Sequence record: MN655999
Strand: one strand, 5' to 3'
DNA from: Shigella phage Z31
DNA: 64,000 nt
This document shows, piece by piece, positions 45,269 to 62,878 of the stretch (positions within the stretch are counted from its first letter, which is position 1; each line of letters opens with the position of its first letter). A model generated the notes under the pieces. It made no database searches. It saw nothing but the letters and a program-made list of their open reading frames with translations, and was not told where the DNA came from. Made by a program: the position numbers and the translations under genes.

Positions 45269-45709
45269 ATGAATACAAAAGCATTAGCAGCAAAGTTTAG
45301 TTACGGTGACACTGTATCACATTCTGAGATGGATACCTTCTTAGGTATTGTGAAGCCAACTTATCAAGGTGACATTGTTAAGTACGAAGATGAAATGAAG
45401 GCTTATGCACTTACACGTCTAAACCGACTTGAGAAGTTTATTGAGAAGCTTCTTAAAGAAGAGAAGATTTATCTGGTTGCTTCAATGGGTGTTGGCTATC
45501 GTGTGGTTGAACCTAAGCATCAAGCAACTATTGCAAAACGTAAAATGTCTGGTAAGATTGGTCGTGCTTTAAAGCAAGCCACTCAAGCGATTGAGAATGT
45601 GAACACTATGGCACTTAGTCATCAAGAACGTTCACGACTGATTGAACAGCAAAACCATTTAGCTGCTATGAAAGCTAACATTAACAAGCAACGTAGAAAA
45701 CCTTTCTAA
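45269..45709 (+). CDS. hypothetical protein (146 aa)
   Basis: ORF track. Confidence 0.5.
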   Translation: MNTKALAAKFSYGDTVSHSEMDTFLGIVKPTYQGDIVKYEDEMKAYALTRLNRLEKFIEKLLKEEKIYLVASMGVGYRVVEPKHQATIAKRKMSGKIGRALKQATQAIENVNTMALSHQERSRLIEQQNHLAAMKANINKQRRKPF

Positions 45710-45720
45710 GTTGACTAGGT

Positions 45721-45743
45721 AGCCTCTTCGGAGGCTCCTTTTT
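45721..45743 (+). terminator. intrinsic terminator AGCCUC-UUCG-GAGGCU + UUUUU
   Basis: Perfect 6-bp stem, UUCG loop, T5 run. Confidence 0.6.
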
Positions 45744-45878
45744 AAAAGGTCTTTAAACATGGTCTTTTAATAAGGTTGGGTCTGGTGTGGTAAGGTTGGG
45801 TAAGGTGCGGTTTGGCGTGGTTTTGTCTGGTGCGGTCTGGTATGGGTAGTTAATCGGAGCTACATTAAAATTCGATTA

Positions 45879-45917
45879 CATCACTTAAGAGTCTTCTAAG
45901 AGGATTTTTAAGTGATG
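45879..45917 (+). repeat. 39-nt inverted-repeat element, copy 2
   Basis: CATCACTTAAGAGTCTTCTAAGAGGATTTTTAAGTGATG. Confidence 0.6.
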
Positions 45918-46137
45918 TATTGTGATGTATTGTTCGGTATGGTAAGGCAAGGCTAGGTCTGGTGTGGGTAGTTAGTCTCATCTACATTAAAATGAGACTC
46001 ATCTTTTTAAAAGGTCTTTAAACAGGGTTTTTAATAAGGTGATGAGAAGTGGTGTTAGGTTTGGTGTGGTTCTGTGCGGTACGGTTAAGTAAGGTGAGGT
46101 ATGGGTAGTTAATCGGAGCTACATTAAAATTCGATTA

Positions 46138-46176
46138 CATCACTTAAGGGTCTTCTAAGAGGATTTTTAAGCGATG
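46138..46176 (+). repeat. 39-nt inverted-repeat element, copy 3 (one arm substitution)
   Basis: CATCACTTAAGGGTCTTCTAAGAGGATTTTTAAGCGATG. Confidence 0.55.
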
Positions 46177-46287
46177 CTCGGTCGGGTTTGGTCGGGTTTG
46201 GTATGGTATGGTGTGGTAAGGTAGGGTTTGGTATGGAAGGATGGCAGTAGCCTTATAAAAAATCTGCCAAATAAGCTATAAAATCTG

Positions 46288-46316
46288 TTGACAAGTCAGG
46301 TGTTATAGCCTATTTT
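46288..46316 (+). promoter_or_regulatory. sigma70-like promoter TTGACA-17-TATTTT
   Basis: -35 at 46288-46293, -10 at 46311-46316. Confidence 0.4.
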
Positions 46317-46360
46317 TATACTCAACGTAATACAAAATTTAATATAACTTTGAGGTCATT

Positions 46361-46744
46361 ATGAAAAAGATTTTATTAGCTGCTGCAATGGTTATGGCAA
46401 TGAATTTACCAGTCAATGCAACAGAACTTCCCAATGTGGACTTATCAGGTGTTCCAGAAGACACTTGCCAGATTGTAAAAGGTGTTGCGCTATCTAATGG
46501 TGAGTTGCTTAAACCAATCTCTGAAGAGTCTTTGACAGAGATGACTGACAAGGTAACTGACTATCAGTACCGTGTTCTTGCAGAGTATTTCCTGCAATCT
46601 GCAAACATTAAAGAGAAGCACCATGACGATATTGATGCACAGGCTATGCTCAATCATCGTATTCAGTTTAAAGAAGATTTGATGCAAAAAGCTATGTATG
46701 GTGTTGAGTATTTCTTAGAAAACAGAAGCTGCACAGGTATTTGA
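46361..46744 (+). CDS. secreted protein (127 aa) with Sec signal peptide
   Basis: N-terminus MKKILLAAAMVMAMNLPVNA. Confidence 0.5.
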   Translation: MKKILLAAAMVMAMNLPVNATELPNVDLSGVPEDTCQIVKGVALSNGELLKPISEESLTEMTDKVTDYQYRVLAEYFLQSANIKEKHHDDIDAQAMLNHRIQFKEDLMQKAMYGVEYFLENRSCTGI

Positions 46745-46745
46745 T

Positions 46746-46958
46746 ATGGCTCTTAAAAAGTTACATCCCAGAAGCGGTTATGGTAAGATAATTGATGATA
46801 CAGACGGCTTTACAGTCTTTACAGTTATCTGTCAAGATGATTCACAGATTGAAAAGGCTCTTGATGATTATCTTAACGATGAACGTGAAAAGGTTAGGGC
46901 TACAAACATAGATTCACTGATTGACACCCCACGCAAACGGAAGAAGAAAGATGAATGA
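46746..46958 (+). CDS. hypothetical protein (70 aa)
   Basis: ORF track. Confidence 0.45.
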   Translation: MALKKLHPRSGYGKIIDDTDGFTVFTVICQDDSQIEKALDDYLNDEREKVRATNIDSLIDTPRKRKKKDE

Positions 46959-47250
46959 GGTTTTTGACCCTTATGCTCCACAAGATGATTGGGAGGCTGA
47001 CAGAGAGGCTGAAATGGAGAGTTATATTTGTCCAATGGATGTAGATGAAATGAGAGACTTCGTTGCACATCGTTTTAAGAGAGAGATTAAATCCAGAGGT
47101 CTTTCTCAAGAGCAAGTTGCTAAGATTTGTGGTATCTCTCAGGCTCGTGTATCCAACATAATCAATCTCACTGGTAATGTCTCTCTTGAGTTTATGTTGG
47201 AAGTATGTGAAAAATTTGGTGTTAATTTTAATTTAAGGTTGGCAGATTAA
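46951..47250 (+). CDS. small HTH DNA-binding protein (about 99 aa; internal ATG)
   Basis: QEQVAKICGISQARVSNIINLTG resembles helix-turn-helix. Confidence 0.45.
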   Translation: MNEVFDPYAPQDDWEADREAEMESYICPMDVDEMRDFVAHRFKREIKSRGLSQEQVAKICGISQARVSNIINLTGNVSLEFMLEVCEKFGVNFNLRLAD

Positions 47251-47251
47251 T

Positions 47252-47611
47252 ATGAAACGTGAAAACATTATCCACTCTGAAAACTTCGCATTAGGCTTTT
47301 ATGGTGTACCTACTCACCTTGAAAAGTATTATGGTGTGAAGATTCTTTCCAATCTTATTATGGCTTACAAAGATGGTAAGATTAAGCATACTGAGAAGAA
47401 ACGTGTCATGGGTTATATGGCTGTAGGTTCAGCAGTTTCTAACATTAAGCTGGAAACAACTAGCAGCCAGATTGTGAAAGACCACTTCATCAAAGAGCTT
47501 TACCACAATCTTGATGGTGTAGATGTTCAGGCTGTTTGGCTGGATGTTGATGGTCACAACTACACGAGCTTTGTTTTCAAAAACGATGACATTAAGTGTC
47601 TGTTCCCATAA
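47252..47611 (+). CDS. hypothetical protein (119 aa)
   Basis: ORF track. Confidence 0.5.
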   Translation: MKRENIIHSENFALGFYGVPTHLEKYYGVKILSNLIMAYKDGKIKHTEKKRVMGYMAVGSAVSNIKLETTSSQIVKDHFIKELYHNLDGVDVQAVWLDVDGHNYTSFVFKNDDIKCLFP

Positions 47612-47624
47612 TAGGTGATTAACT

Positions 47625-48140
47625 ATGATTGATATCTACTTACAAGATGCTCATGCAGACTTCCTTAAAGTGATGCTTAAAAAGTTTATGGCTTCACAGT
47701 ATGAGAATGAAGCATCTTTTAAAATAGTTACATGTGGCGACGAAGCTGGTTTTGTTGAGATTGAACATGAAGGTACTGGAAAGACTGTTTGCAAGTTACC
47801 TGATAGTATGTTCTCTAATACGTTCTTAACAAAGACTAGTATAAATGTTAAGCTTGTTCCTCAGATTGAAACATACTCTGGTACAGATTACCCTAAAGGC
47901 TTTAAATCACTGATGAAGCACTTCTTAGATGACTTTGTAAGCAATCTTATTAGTGAGGTAACAGAAAGCCGTACAATATTAACTGTAGAGAATATCGGAG
48001 GGGCTATCAGGATTACTTCTGACCGCTACTCTATGAGCCTCTTCGACTTCGTTCCTAAGAACTTTGATGGTATTCTGGATGAAGAAGATGACTGTGTAGA
48101 CTTTATATTGGCTCTTGAGCCAGTTTTTGAGGTTAAATAA
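47625..48140 (+). CDS. hypothetical protein (171 aa)
   Basis: ORF track. Confidence 0.5.
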   Translation: MIDIYLQDAHADFLKVMLKKFMASQYENEASFKIVTCGDEAGFVEIEHEGTGKTVCKLPDSMFSNTFLTKTSINVKLVPQIETYSGTDYPKGFKSLMKHFLDDFVSNLISEVTESRTILTVENIGGAIRITSDRYSMSLFDFVPKNFDGILDEEDDCVDFILALEPVFEVK

Positions 48141-48401
48141 ATGAAAATTGAACACTGCTATGAGTCTGATGGAACACCTATCCGTTGTCCACATTGTGGG
48201 TGTACAGACTTACAAGGCGAGGTAAGTGAAATAGTCAACGGTCATATTGCTGAAGAGAGTACAAGGTGCACAGGATGTAATGAAATCATTGCTTTCTGGG
48301 CTTATGGTTCATACCAGCCTACACCACACTTAATCTACCATAGCAATAAAGCTGTGAAGAATGTTATCAACTGGTTCATTAAGAAAGGATTTATAAAATG
48401 A
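48141..48401 (+). CDS. zinc-ribbon protein (86 aa)
   Basis: CPHCGC ... CTGCNE. Confidence 0.45.
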   Translation: MKIEHCYESDGTPIRCPHCGCTDLQGEVSEIVNGHIAEESTRCTGCNEIIAFWAYGSYQPTPHLIYHSNKAVKNVINWFIKKGFIK

Positions 48402-48943
48402 TTAAATTAATCTTTGCAAGTGGTGAAAATGGTGAGTTTGGTACTCCAACTGGTATGCCGTGGCCTCGACATAAACAGGACATGCAAGAGTTTAAGAGAC
48501 TCACTAAAAATAACTTAGTAGTGATGGGTAATGAGACTTTTAAGACTCTGGGTAGTAAACCTTTACCAGAACGTGCAAACCTCATCTTAACAAACTCTGT
48601 ACCATACTTAGGCATAGACTTTGGCAAAGACGATGTAATGTATGCTAAAGCCAGTAAAGAGTCATTTGGAGCATTTTTGAAGTATCTTGATAGTTCTATT
48701 GATGAAGATGTATTTGTAATTGGTGGTGCAGGTGTCCTTGTCAATGCTTTACCGTATGCGGATGTAGTATTCCATACAGTCTTTCATAAAGTTACTGAAG
48801 AGGTCACTGCGTATTTACCTTTTGAAAACTTCTTCGATAAACTGTATGATAATCGTGTATTTGCAAAGGTGCAGTCAAGACCCTCAGATGATGGTAAAGC
48901 AACCTTTGAGATTTATGTTCCACAAGTAAAAGGGCACTTTTGA
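48398..48943 (+). CDS. frd: dihydrofolate reductase
   Basis: N-terminus MIKLIFA...GxPWP...MGNETFKTL resembles DHFR; adjacent to thymidylate synthase. Confidence 0.8.
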   Translation: MIKLIFASGENGEFGTPTGMPWPRHKQDMQEFKRLTKNNLVVMGNETFKTLGSKPLPERANLILTNSVPYLGIDFGKDDVMYAKASKESFGAFLKYLDSSIDEDVFVIGGAGVLVNALPYADVVFHTVFHKVTEEVTAYLPFENFFDKLYDNRVFAKVQSRPSDDGKATFEIYVPQVKGHF

Positions 48944-48944
48944 T

Positions 48945-49844
48945 ATGTCACAAGCTGATTTGAGTTACAAAAATATCCTGAACCATGTTTTATCTGTTGG
49001 TGAACTGCGTACTACACGAACTGGAGATGTTATCTCTGCATTTGCTCCACCTCAGTTTCGTTTTGATATGCGAACTGGTTTCCCGCTCTTAACATCTAAA
49101 CAGGTGTTCACACGGCAAGTTATTGGGGAAGCTTTATGGTTCCTGAACGGTGAGAATAAGCTGGGTGAACTCCGTTACCGTACTTGGGGTGAAAATGACG
49201 GAGAACGCTGGACTATCTGGTCAGATGATTTTAAACGCTGGTTAAGCTCTAACTACTCTTCTGAACAAGATTGGTTAGAGGATGCAGGTGGAAGAATCTA
49301 CGGAGTTCAGTGGAGAAACTTTGAGGGCCATAATGGTTGTGTTGTAGACCAGTTAGAGACCTTAGTAACGAAGATGAAGGGTGATATCACAGACCGTTAC
49401 ATGCTTGTTAATGCTTGGAATGCAGCAGATATTGCAGCAAACTCAATGGCTTTAGCACCTTGTCATGTTCTGTTTCAGATTTACATCACTAACGAGGGTG
49501 AAGTAGACTTGCAATGGTATCAGCGTTCAGTAGACACCTTTTTAGGACTTCCCTTTAACATTGCGTCTTATGGTTTTATTCTGGAAGTTCTTTGTAAGAT
49601 GACTGGATACACTCCACGGTACTTGATAGGTGTCTTTGGAGATACTCAGATTTATCAGAACCATATGAAGCAGGTTTATGAACTGATGAACAATGAAGAG
49701 TTCCATGCACCGACTTTTGAGATTGGTTTACAACTTAATACTTTAAGCGACCTAAAACATCTCACTGCAAGTGACTTTATCGGTGGCATTAACAACTACC
49801 AACATGCAGGAAAGATTGAAGCACCTTTGTCAGTAGGTAAATAA
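48945..49844 (+). CDS. thyA: thymidylate synthase
   Basis: Catalytic Cys context LAPCHVLFQ; 299 aa. Confidence 0.9.
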   Translation: MSQADLSYKNILNHVLSVGELRTTRTGDVISAFAPPQFRFDMRTGFPLLTSKQVFTRQVIGEALWFLNGENKLGELRYRTWGENDGERWTIWSDDFKRWLSSNYSSEQDWLEDAGGRIYGVQWRNFEGHNGCVVDQLETLVTKMKGDITDRYMLVNAWNAADIAANSMALAPCHVLFQIYITNEGEVDLQWYQRSVDTFLGLPFNIASYGFILEVLCKMTGYTPRYLIGVFGDTQIYQNHMKQVYELMNNEEFHAPTFEIGLQLNTLSDLKHLTASDFIGGINNYQHAGKIEAPLSVGK

Positions 49845-49849
49845 AACAA

Positions 49850-49877
49850 AAAAGGCTCCCGTAAAAAGGAGCCTTAA
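49850..49877. terminator. bidirectional terminator at convergent junction
   Basis: 8-bp stem AAGGCTCC/GGAGCCTT at 49852-49875 flanked by A-run and T-rich sequence. Confidence 0.55.
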
Positions 49878-49880
49878 ACT

Positions 49881-50252
49881 TTACTTTTCAGTATTCTTTG
49901 TGTTCTTTTCAGTAATAGCTTGGAGGGCTGATACTGATTGAGCCAGATTGTTCACACTATCAGAGAATTTATCAAGAGTCTTAGTAAGTTTTGCATTCTC
50001 ACCCTTAACATTCTCTAGCTGGACTTTCTGGTTCTCCATCCCTAGCTGGAGCAGTCTCATGTCAGACTGTAAATCACGAATAGCTGAGTAATTACTTTTT
50101 GAATAACTGTCTAGCTGCTGTAATTTTGTTGTGACAGACACTTCTTGTTTACCACTTGAAACCTGCATCGTGGTAAATGTCCCAATAACACTAAAAATAC
50201 CAACTACAATTGCACCAATATTATTTTTAAAAGCTTCCTCCAGCCACTTCAT
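49881..50252 (-). CDS. membrane-anchored coiled-coil protein (123 aa)
   Basis: N-terminal TM IGAIVVGIFSVIGTF. Confidence 0.45.
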   Translation of the reverse strand: MKWLEEAFKNNIGAIVVGIFSVIGTFTTMQVSSGKQEVSVTTKLQQLDSYSKSNYSAIRDLQSDMRLLQLGMENQKVQLENVKGENAKLTKTLDKFSDSVNNLAQSVSALQAITEKNTKNTEK

Positions 50253-50446
50253 TTATTCTCCCCCTTAAAAGCTTTTTCTAAGTTATCTACGAACTCATCA
50301 TCAATAGGTGTGTCTGTTTTACTCGCAAGGTATCTTGCAAGCCTAAAGAACACTTTCTCAATCATGTATTCACTTAGAAGGGATAAAATGAGTTTCCAGA
50401 AGAAGCTACCTAGATTTTTTAGAAGAATTGCTAGGATTGTAGGCAT
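50249..50446 (-). CDS. hypothetical protein (65 aa)
   Basis: ORF track. Confidence 0.4.
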   Translation of the reverse strand: MPTILAILLKNLGSFFWKLILSLLSEYMIEKVFFRLARYLASKTDTPIDDEFVDNLEKAFKGENK

Positions 50447-50524
50447 TTAATCACCTCATCAGCCAAGATGGTGAGAATACCCTAAAGAATATTAACACCA
50501 TCTTAACAATCAGTCAATAAGGGA

Positions 50525-52912
50525 TTAAGCAGTTCTTACCCAAGCCATTAACTTATAGAACTGGTTAGTAACACTAAATGCTGAACCAGAACCTGTACTA
50601 CCAGTGTTACCACTAACTGTGTGGCTGTGAGCACCAATGCCTACAGAGTGGGAATGGTCACCAGCACCGCTTGTAGTACCAGACCATGTGTGTGTATGGT
50701 TACCAGTTGTGTTAGTGTTAGGGAACTTGTTATCTCTTCTATCAAGCCAGTCAAGCGTTCTAGGGAGGCTGTTACCAACTGTTGTATATCCGTACAAAGC
50801 ATCACCACCATTAACCAATAGCAGACCTAAGTGGTGAGCGTGGTTACCAGCAGCACTTGTTGTACCACTTACAGAGTGAGTATGACCACCAGTACTATTA
50901 GTGCCCTTCGTACCATAATCAAAAGATGAAGTGGTAGCAGAGAAACTGTGAGTGTGTGATGGTAAGTTACCAACAGCTAAAGTTACAGAGTCTGAACCAC
51001 CAGTTGTAGCAACATCTGAACCGTTTGCTGCTGCGATTCTGATAGTTCTACCAACACCATTGTTCAGGTACGTCCAAGTTAACCCAGGCAACGCTGTGTT
51101 AGGGTTAACATTACTGTTAAACCACGTTACAATACCAACTGGGTAGATTTTATTAAGGTCTGTAGAGTCACTTACTGCCTGTGCAATCTTCTGGTCAGTC
51201 TCAGCTTTAGTATATGCACCAATATCTGAAGGGGTTGGTTTAAATGCCGTTGAATACAACTGCGCCTCTCCAACATATGCTCCATCTGGCCCATAAGCAT
51301 ATGTGAAGACATCAAGACTTCTAGACCCATAGGTAAAAGCAATACCTCTGGCATGAGCAATACCAGCAGAATGTGCGACATGGATGGCTAAATCTTTCAG
51401 ACCCTGCTCAATACCATTGTTTCTTACAAACCCTGAATAATCTTTATTGAATGATGATGGGTCATCCAATCTATTAGTTGTCCTTGTCATTAAAGGTTGG
51501 TTTAACAGTTTTGTTTTTAAGAAATATCTAGCATCTAAGTTAGACCAATCAGAAGGTTGTACTTGACCAGTAATGGTTAGATTCTTATTAGCCTTAATCG
51601 CTGAGGGCATCAGAGTAATTTGAGTCCCAGAGTAGCTGTTGTTTAATGCCACATCAGTAGAATTTGTGCCACCCACACCTACCCACCACCTAGATACATT
51701 CTGGGTATCAACACCACGGATATATTGTGGCTGTCCCTGTGTTAAGTTCCTCAATACTAGACCTTCATTGTTAGATACAATAGTCTGCACATTTGTAAAA
51801 GTGTTTGCCACATTAATCTTAGCAAGACTACTCAAAGTAGCTGCTGGAATATATCTAGAGTCAATGTTAGTCCAATCAGAAGGTTGAACTTGACCAACAA
51901 CCCTAAGCTGCTTGTTAACTTCAACATAACCATCATCAAGTCTAAGATTAGAGCCATACTTATAGTTGTGGATTAATACAGCAGGTGTATTATCACCATT
52001 ACCTACATACCACTTACCAGAGCCATCACTACTTTCACCTTTAATGTACAGTGCGCCATTTGCTACAGTATTTTTTAACCTTAAGGCTCCGCTATTCGTC
52101 AAAATTGATAAAGTCTGGTTAAATGTGTTCACGCCACTAAAAGTATTATCACCAGCTAACTGTGCAAATCTCTGATTAGCAACTGTCTGAGTAAAGTATC
52201 TAGCATCTAAGTTAGCAAAACTTGAAGGCTGAACTTGACCAGCAATTTGAAGAGTTCTGTTGACTGACACCAAATTTTCTAAAATAGCAATTGAAACATC
52301 AGTTTTTACATTCTTCAATACAAGGTTGTTTGTACCCTTATTATCATTACCTAGATACCACCTATTAGTACCGTCTGTATCTTGACCACGAATATATAGC
52401 GGCATCCCTTGTGTAGTATTCTTAATAACAAAGGCTTCATTATCAGAGAGGATAGTTTGAGTACCTCTAAATGTGTTATTTACAGCTAGTCTTGAGTATC
52501 TTGCATCATTCTCTTCATTAGTCCTCATTCCAAGTTCATTAGGACTTGGTTTATTCAGAGTATGGTAAACAGTTGCTGACCTTGAAGCATCTGCAATAGT
52601 TAATCTAAGACCATTTGCGTTAATTTTAAAAGTCTTTAAAACATCTCCAATAGTAATCTCAGCAGAACCTGTTGGGTCAAATACTGGTTTACCACCATAA
52701 AGTAACTTAACAATCCCTAATTCTCCCGTCATAGTACTACCAACAATCTGGACAAATCTTTCTAGTTTAAAAGATGCTAAGAAATCTTGATAGGTCATTC
52801 GACGGTCTTCATCACCTAGCATTTCAGGTCTCTTTTTAACTCTGACATGAAGAAGGTCATCTGAACGGATTGTGTCGATTGAGTTTAATTCACTCAACTT
52901 GTAATCTGCCAT
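50525..52912 (-). CDS. long tail fibre with three tandem ~113-aa repeats and His-x-His C-terminal tip
   Basis: Repeats ending QVQPS(S/D)(F/W)xN(L/I)D(A/S)RY; C-terminal [22 protein letters not shown]; ends WVRTA. Confidence 0.75.
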   Translation of the reverse strand: MADYKLSELNSIDTIRSDDLLHVRVKKRPEMLGDEDRRMTYQDFLASFKLERFVQIVGSTMTGELGIVKLLYGGKPVFDPTGSAEITIGDVLKTFKINANGLRLTIADASRSATVYHTLNKPSPNELGMRTNEENDARYSRLAVNNTFRGTQTILSDNEAFVIKNTTQGMPLYIRGQDTDGTNRWYLGNDNKGTNNLVLKNVKTDVSIAILENLVSVNRTLQIAGQVQPSSFANLDARYFTQTVANQRFAQLAGDNTFSGVNTFNQTLSILTNSGALRLKNTVANGALYIKGESSDGSGKWYVGNGDNTPAVLIHNYKYGSNLRLDDGYVEVNKQLRVVGQVQPSDWTNIDSRYIPAATLSSLAKINVANTFTNVQTIVSNNEGLVLRNLTQGQPQYIRGVDTQNVSRWWVGVGGTNSTDVALNNSYSGTQITLMPSAIKANKNLTITGQVQPSDWSNLDARYFLKTKLLNQPLMTRTTNRLDDPSSFNKDYSGFVRNNGIEQGLKDLAIHVAHSAGIAHARGIAFTYGSRSLDVFTYAYGPDGAYVGEAQLYSTAFKPTPSDIGAYTKAETDQKIAQAVSDSTDLNKIYPVGIVTWFNSNVNPNTALPGLTWTYLNNGVGRTIRIAAANGSDVATTGGSDSVTLAVGNLPSHTHSFSATTSSFDYGTKGTNSTGGHTHSVSGTTSAAGNHAHHLGLLLVNGGDALYGYTTVGNSLPRTLDWLDRRDNKFPNTNTTGNHTHTWSGTTSGAGDHSHSVGIGAHSHTVSGNTGSTGSGSAFSVTNQFYKLMAWVRTA
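51518..52525 (-). repeat. three tandem ~340-bp (about 113-aa) repeats inside the long tail-fibre gene
   Basis: Protein-level repeats at about aa 130-240, 241-355, 356-465. Confidence 0.5.
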
Positions 52913-52929
52913 TATAAATTTTCCTCTTA

Positions 52930-52950
52930 AAAGGGGCTATAAAGCCCCTG
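52930..52950 (-). terminator. hairpin GGGGCTATAAAGCCCC between fibre genes (terminator and/or B-type promoter element)
   Basis: Perfect 6-bp GC stem at 52933-52948; minus-strand TTTACA precedes and UUUU follows. Confidence 0.4.
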
Positions 52951-52958
52951 TAAAGAAA

Positions 52959-54146
52959 TTAAGCTGTTCTCTGCCATACATACAGTACGAAGGATGGCTG
53001 CTCAATGTTGAAAGCTTGTCCACCACCAACACTATTCGTGTTTCCACTATGCGTATGCTCAGAAGAAGAAACTGTCACAGTACCATTGTGTGTATGTGAG
53101 CCAATACCAACTGTGTGGCTGTGAGCACCAATACCCACCGTATGGTTGTGGTTACCAGTTGTGTTAGTGGTAACACTGAAAGAGTGGGTGTGCGCACCAG
53201 CGACTTCACAGACAGCATCTGCTGAGTACCATGATTGGTCATTCCTTGTAGACCAAACCATTGCAGGTCTTTCCGATAGACCACCACCTGCTTCATAGGT
53301 CAATCTGTGGTTGTGAGCACCAGCAGCACTTGTTGACCCACTGCCAACGTGATTATGGTTACCAGTTGTGTTAGTGGTCTTTGTTCCATAGTCAAAAGAG
53401 TTGGTAGTCTTAGTTCCATAATCAAAAGCTGAAATTGAAACAGTTGCATTATGAGTGTGACCGCCACCACTAAGAGACACAGAATGTGAGTGTTGAGGCA
53501 TGTTATTAACTGACAAAGTGACAGTTGAAGCACCAAATACAGAACCTGCTGGCCTTGTATCAGAGTCATAGCCAACCAATGCCCTACCTTTTGAAACTAA
53601 CTCCCAAGTACCTCCACAAATTAAGTATGTAGAAGGGTTTGCAGAGTTCATAGAAAGATGGATAGTACCTACTGGATAAGAAGCCTGAACAGCCTTGTAC
53701 AAGTTATTTACTGCTCTTGCTGTAGCATACTTATCTGCATCTTCGTTATACAGATTAGATGTTGTCCAGTTCTGGACATTACTTAAACCAACCTGTGCCT
53801 TAGTTGTATTGTGTGGGTTACTCTTGTCCTTAATATGTTGCTGAACAAGGTTATTAACCTCTTCTGAAGACATAATCTGTAGATTTGCTCTTGCCTCAGC
53901 TACATTAACAATATCTGATAAGTTATTTGCAGCAACTAACTGAAGAGCATTAATAACATTATCTAAACCAATTTGTGTTTTAGTAACACCATGAGGGTTA
54001 TTTTTTAGGCTTGAGTGTGGAGCAAGTAATTGCTCAAGAGTACATCTCTTATCCTCAATACCCTGCTTAAGATGGAAGATATCACTAAGGTCAATTGGTA
54101 AGGCTGCTTGAGGCAAGGCACTAATTTGAATTTCACCTACTGCCAT
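52959..54146 (-). CDS. tail fibre with His-x-His repeats; C-terminal tip shared with the long fibre
   Basis: [25 protein letters not shown]; ends VWQRTA. Confidence 0.75.
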   Translation of the reverse strand: MAVGEIQISALPQAALPIDLSDIFHLKQGIEDKRCTLEQLLAPHSSLKNNPHGVTKTQIGLDNVINALQLVAANNLSDIVNVAEARANLQIMSSEEVNNLVQQHIKDKSNPHNTTKAQVGLSNVQNWTTSNLYNEDADKYATARAVNNLYKAVQASYPVGTIHLSMNSANPSTYLICGGTWELVSKGRALVGYDSDTRPAGSVFGASTVTLSVNNMPQHSHSVSLSGGGHTHNATVSISAFDYGTKTTNSFDYGTKTTNTTGNHNHVGSGSTSAAGAHNHRLTYEAGGGLSERPAMVWSTRNDQSWYSADAVCEVAGAHTHSFSVTTNTTGNHNHTVGIGAHSHTVGIGSHTHNGTVTVSSSEHTHSGNTNSVGGGQAFNIEQPSFVLYVWQRTA

Positions 54147-54148
54147 TA

Positions 54149-62164
<8,016 letters not shown>

Positions 62165-62165
<1 letters not shown>

Positions 62166-62404
62166 TACATTTTTCCTGCTCTTCTAAGTTCGTTGTAAGC
62201 AATTTCCTCTTTATACGACCTCTGAATTTCAAGAAATTGTCTCAATGATAATAAATCAGAGAATGTCATAGCAAAGAGTTGGTCAAGTGTTTCTTTACAC
62301 CCTTCCATACCATAAATAGCAAGCACAAATTTCATCTCGTCTGCTTCTTCATAGGTTGCCTCTACAGCAGCATCAGTTAGTGGTGTCTGTAGAGTGTTAC
62401 CCAT
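62165..62404 (-). CDS. tail assembly chaperone -1 frame extension (fusion partner of 62407-62805)
   Basis: Frame open upstream of its ATG and overlaps 3' end of upstream ORF in -1 frame. Confidence 0.5.
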
Positions 62405-62406
62405 GT

Positions 62407-62805
62407 TTACTGAGAAGTTAGGCTTTTGAAAATGCTTGCTTCGAAAAAACTTCCGAAATTTGCCTCCAGCGCAAATGCTAAGTAATCAATAAATTCACCA
62501 TAGTTTGCTTGGAAGTATGTATCAATATTAAGTGGGAAGTCATCAACAGTTGCCCCTTGAAATAATAGGGTAGCCATTTCTTCAAGGTTAATTTCTTCAA
62601 TTCTGTCAAAACAAGCTTCAACAAGTTCTTTAAATGGAACCATTGGAGCTTCTTTCTTATCTTTATCAGTTAGACTTGATAGCATCTGTGCAAAAGTTGG
62701 AACAACAATTTTACCCAACTTCATAGACATCTTAATACCATCTCTTGCCCCAAGCAGAACGATATTTACTTTCTTACCATTAATTACTCTAGATTCTGTT
62801 TTCAT
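62407..62805 (-). CDS. tail assembly chaperone (G-like)
   Basis: Position between tube and tape measure; slippery heptamer near 3' end. Confidence 0.55.
   Translation of the reverse strand: MKTESRVINGKKVNIVLLGARDGIKMSMKLGKIVVPTFAQMLSSLTDKDKKEAPMVPFKELVEACFDRIEEINLEEMATLLFQGATVDDFPLNIDTYFQANYGEFIDYLAFALEANFGSFFEASIFKSLTSQ
62443..62449 (-). other. candidate -1 programmed ribosomal frameshift site U_UUU_UUC
   Basis: Heptamer in zero frame of 62407-62805, 12 codons before its stop; -1 frame continues into 62165-62404. Confidence 0.5.
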
Positions 62806-62837
62806 TGTGATTCCTTAATACTTTTAAAAGAAACAAA

Positions 62838-62868
62838 AAAGGGGAAGACCTTTTAAAGTCTCCCCCTT
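62838..62868 (-). terminator. intrinsic terminator after tail tube gene
   Basis: GC-rich imperfect hairpin 62841-62866 followed by minus-strand UUUUUGUUUCUUUU. Confidence 0.5.
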
Positions 62869-62878
62869 ATAGGATTTA

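Larger units (their letters stand above)
45744..46270 (+). repeat. two tandem ~265-bp units (AAAAGGTCTTTAAACA box, GT-rich tract, hairpin, 39-nt inverted repeat, GT-rich tract)
   Basis: Unit 2 starts about 46008; 41-nt segment TATGGGTAGTTAATCGGAGCTACATTAAAATTCGATTACATC identical in both units; no ORFs. Confidence 0.55.

Noticed and set aside
45776-45850. Chi-site cluster in the GT-rich tracts
   Set aside because: Several near matches (TCTGGTGTGG, TCTGGTGCGG) but no exact GCTGGTGG octamer seen.
45744-46270. GT-rich repeat array as a CRISPR array
   Set aside because: Repeat units are about 265 bp with internal structure, not 25-40 bp repeats with unique spacers; no cas genes.
50621-52175. Plus-strand ORFs inside the long tail-fibre gene
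   Set aside because: Antisense to the fibre gene; no independent support.
53075-53575. ORFs 53075..53296 and 53300..53575
   Set aside because: Alternative frames inside the tail-fibre gene, arising from its repetitive His-codon-rich sequence.
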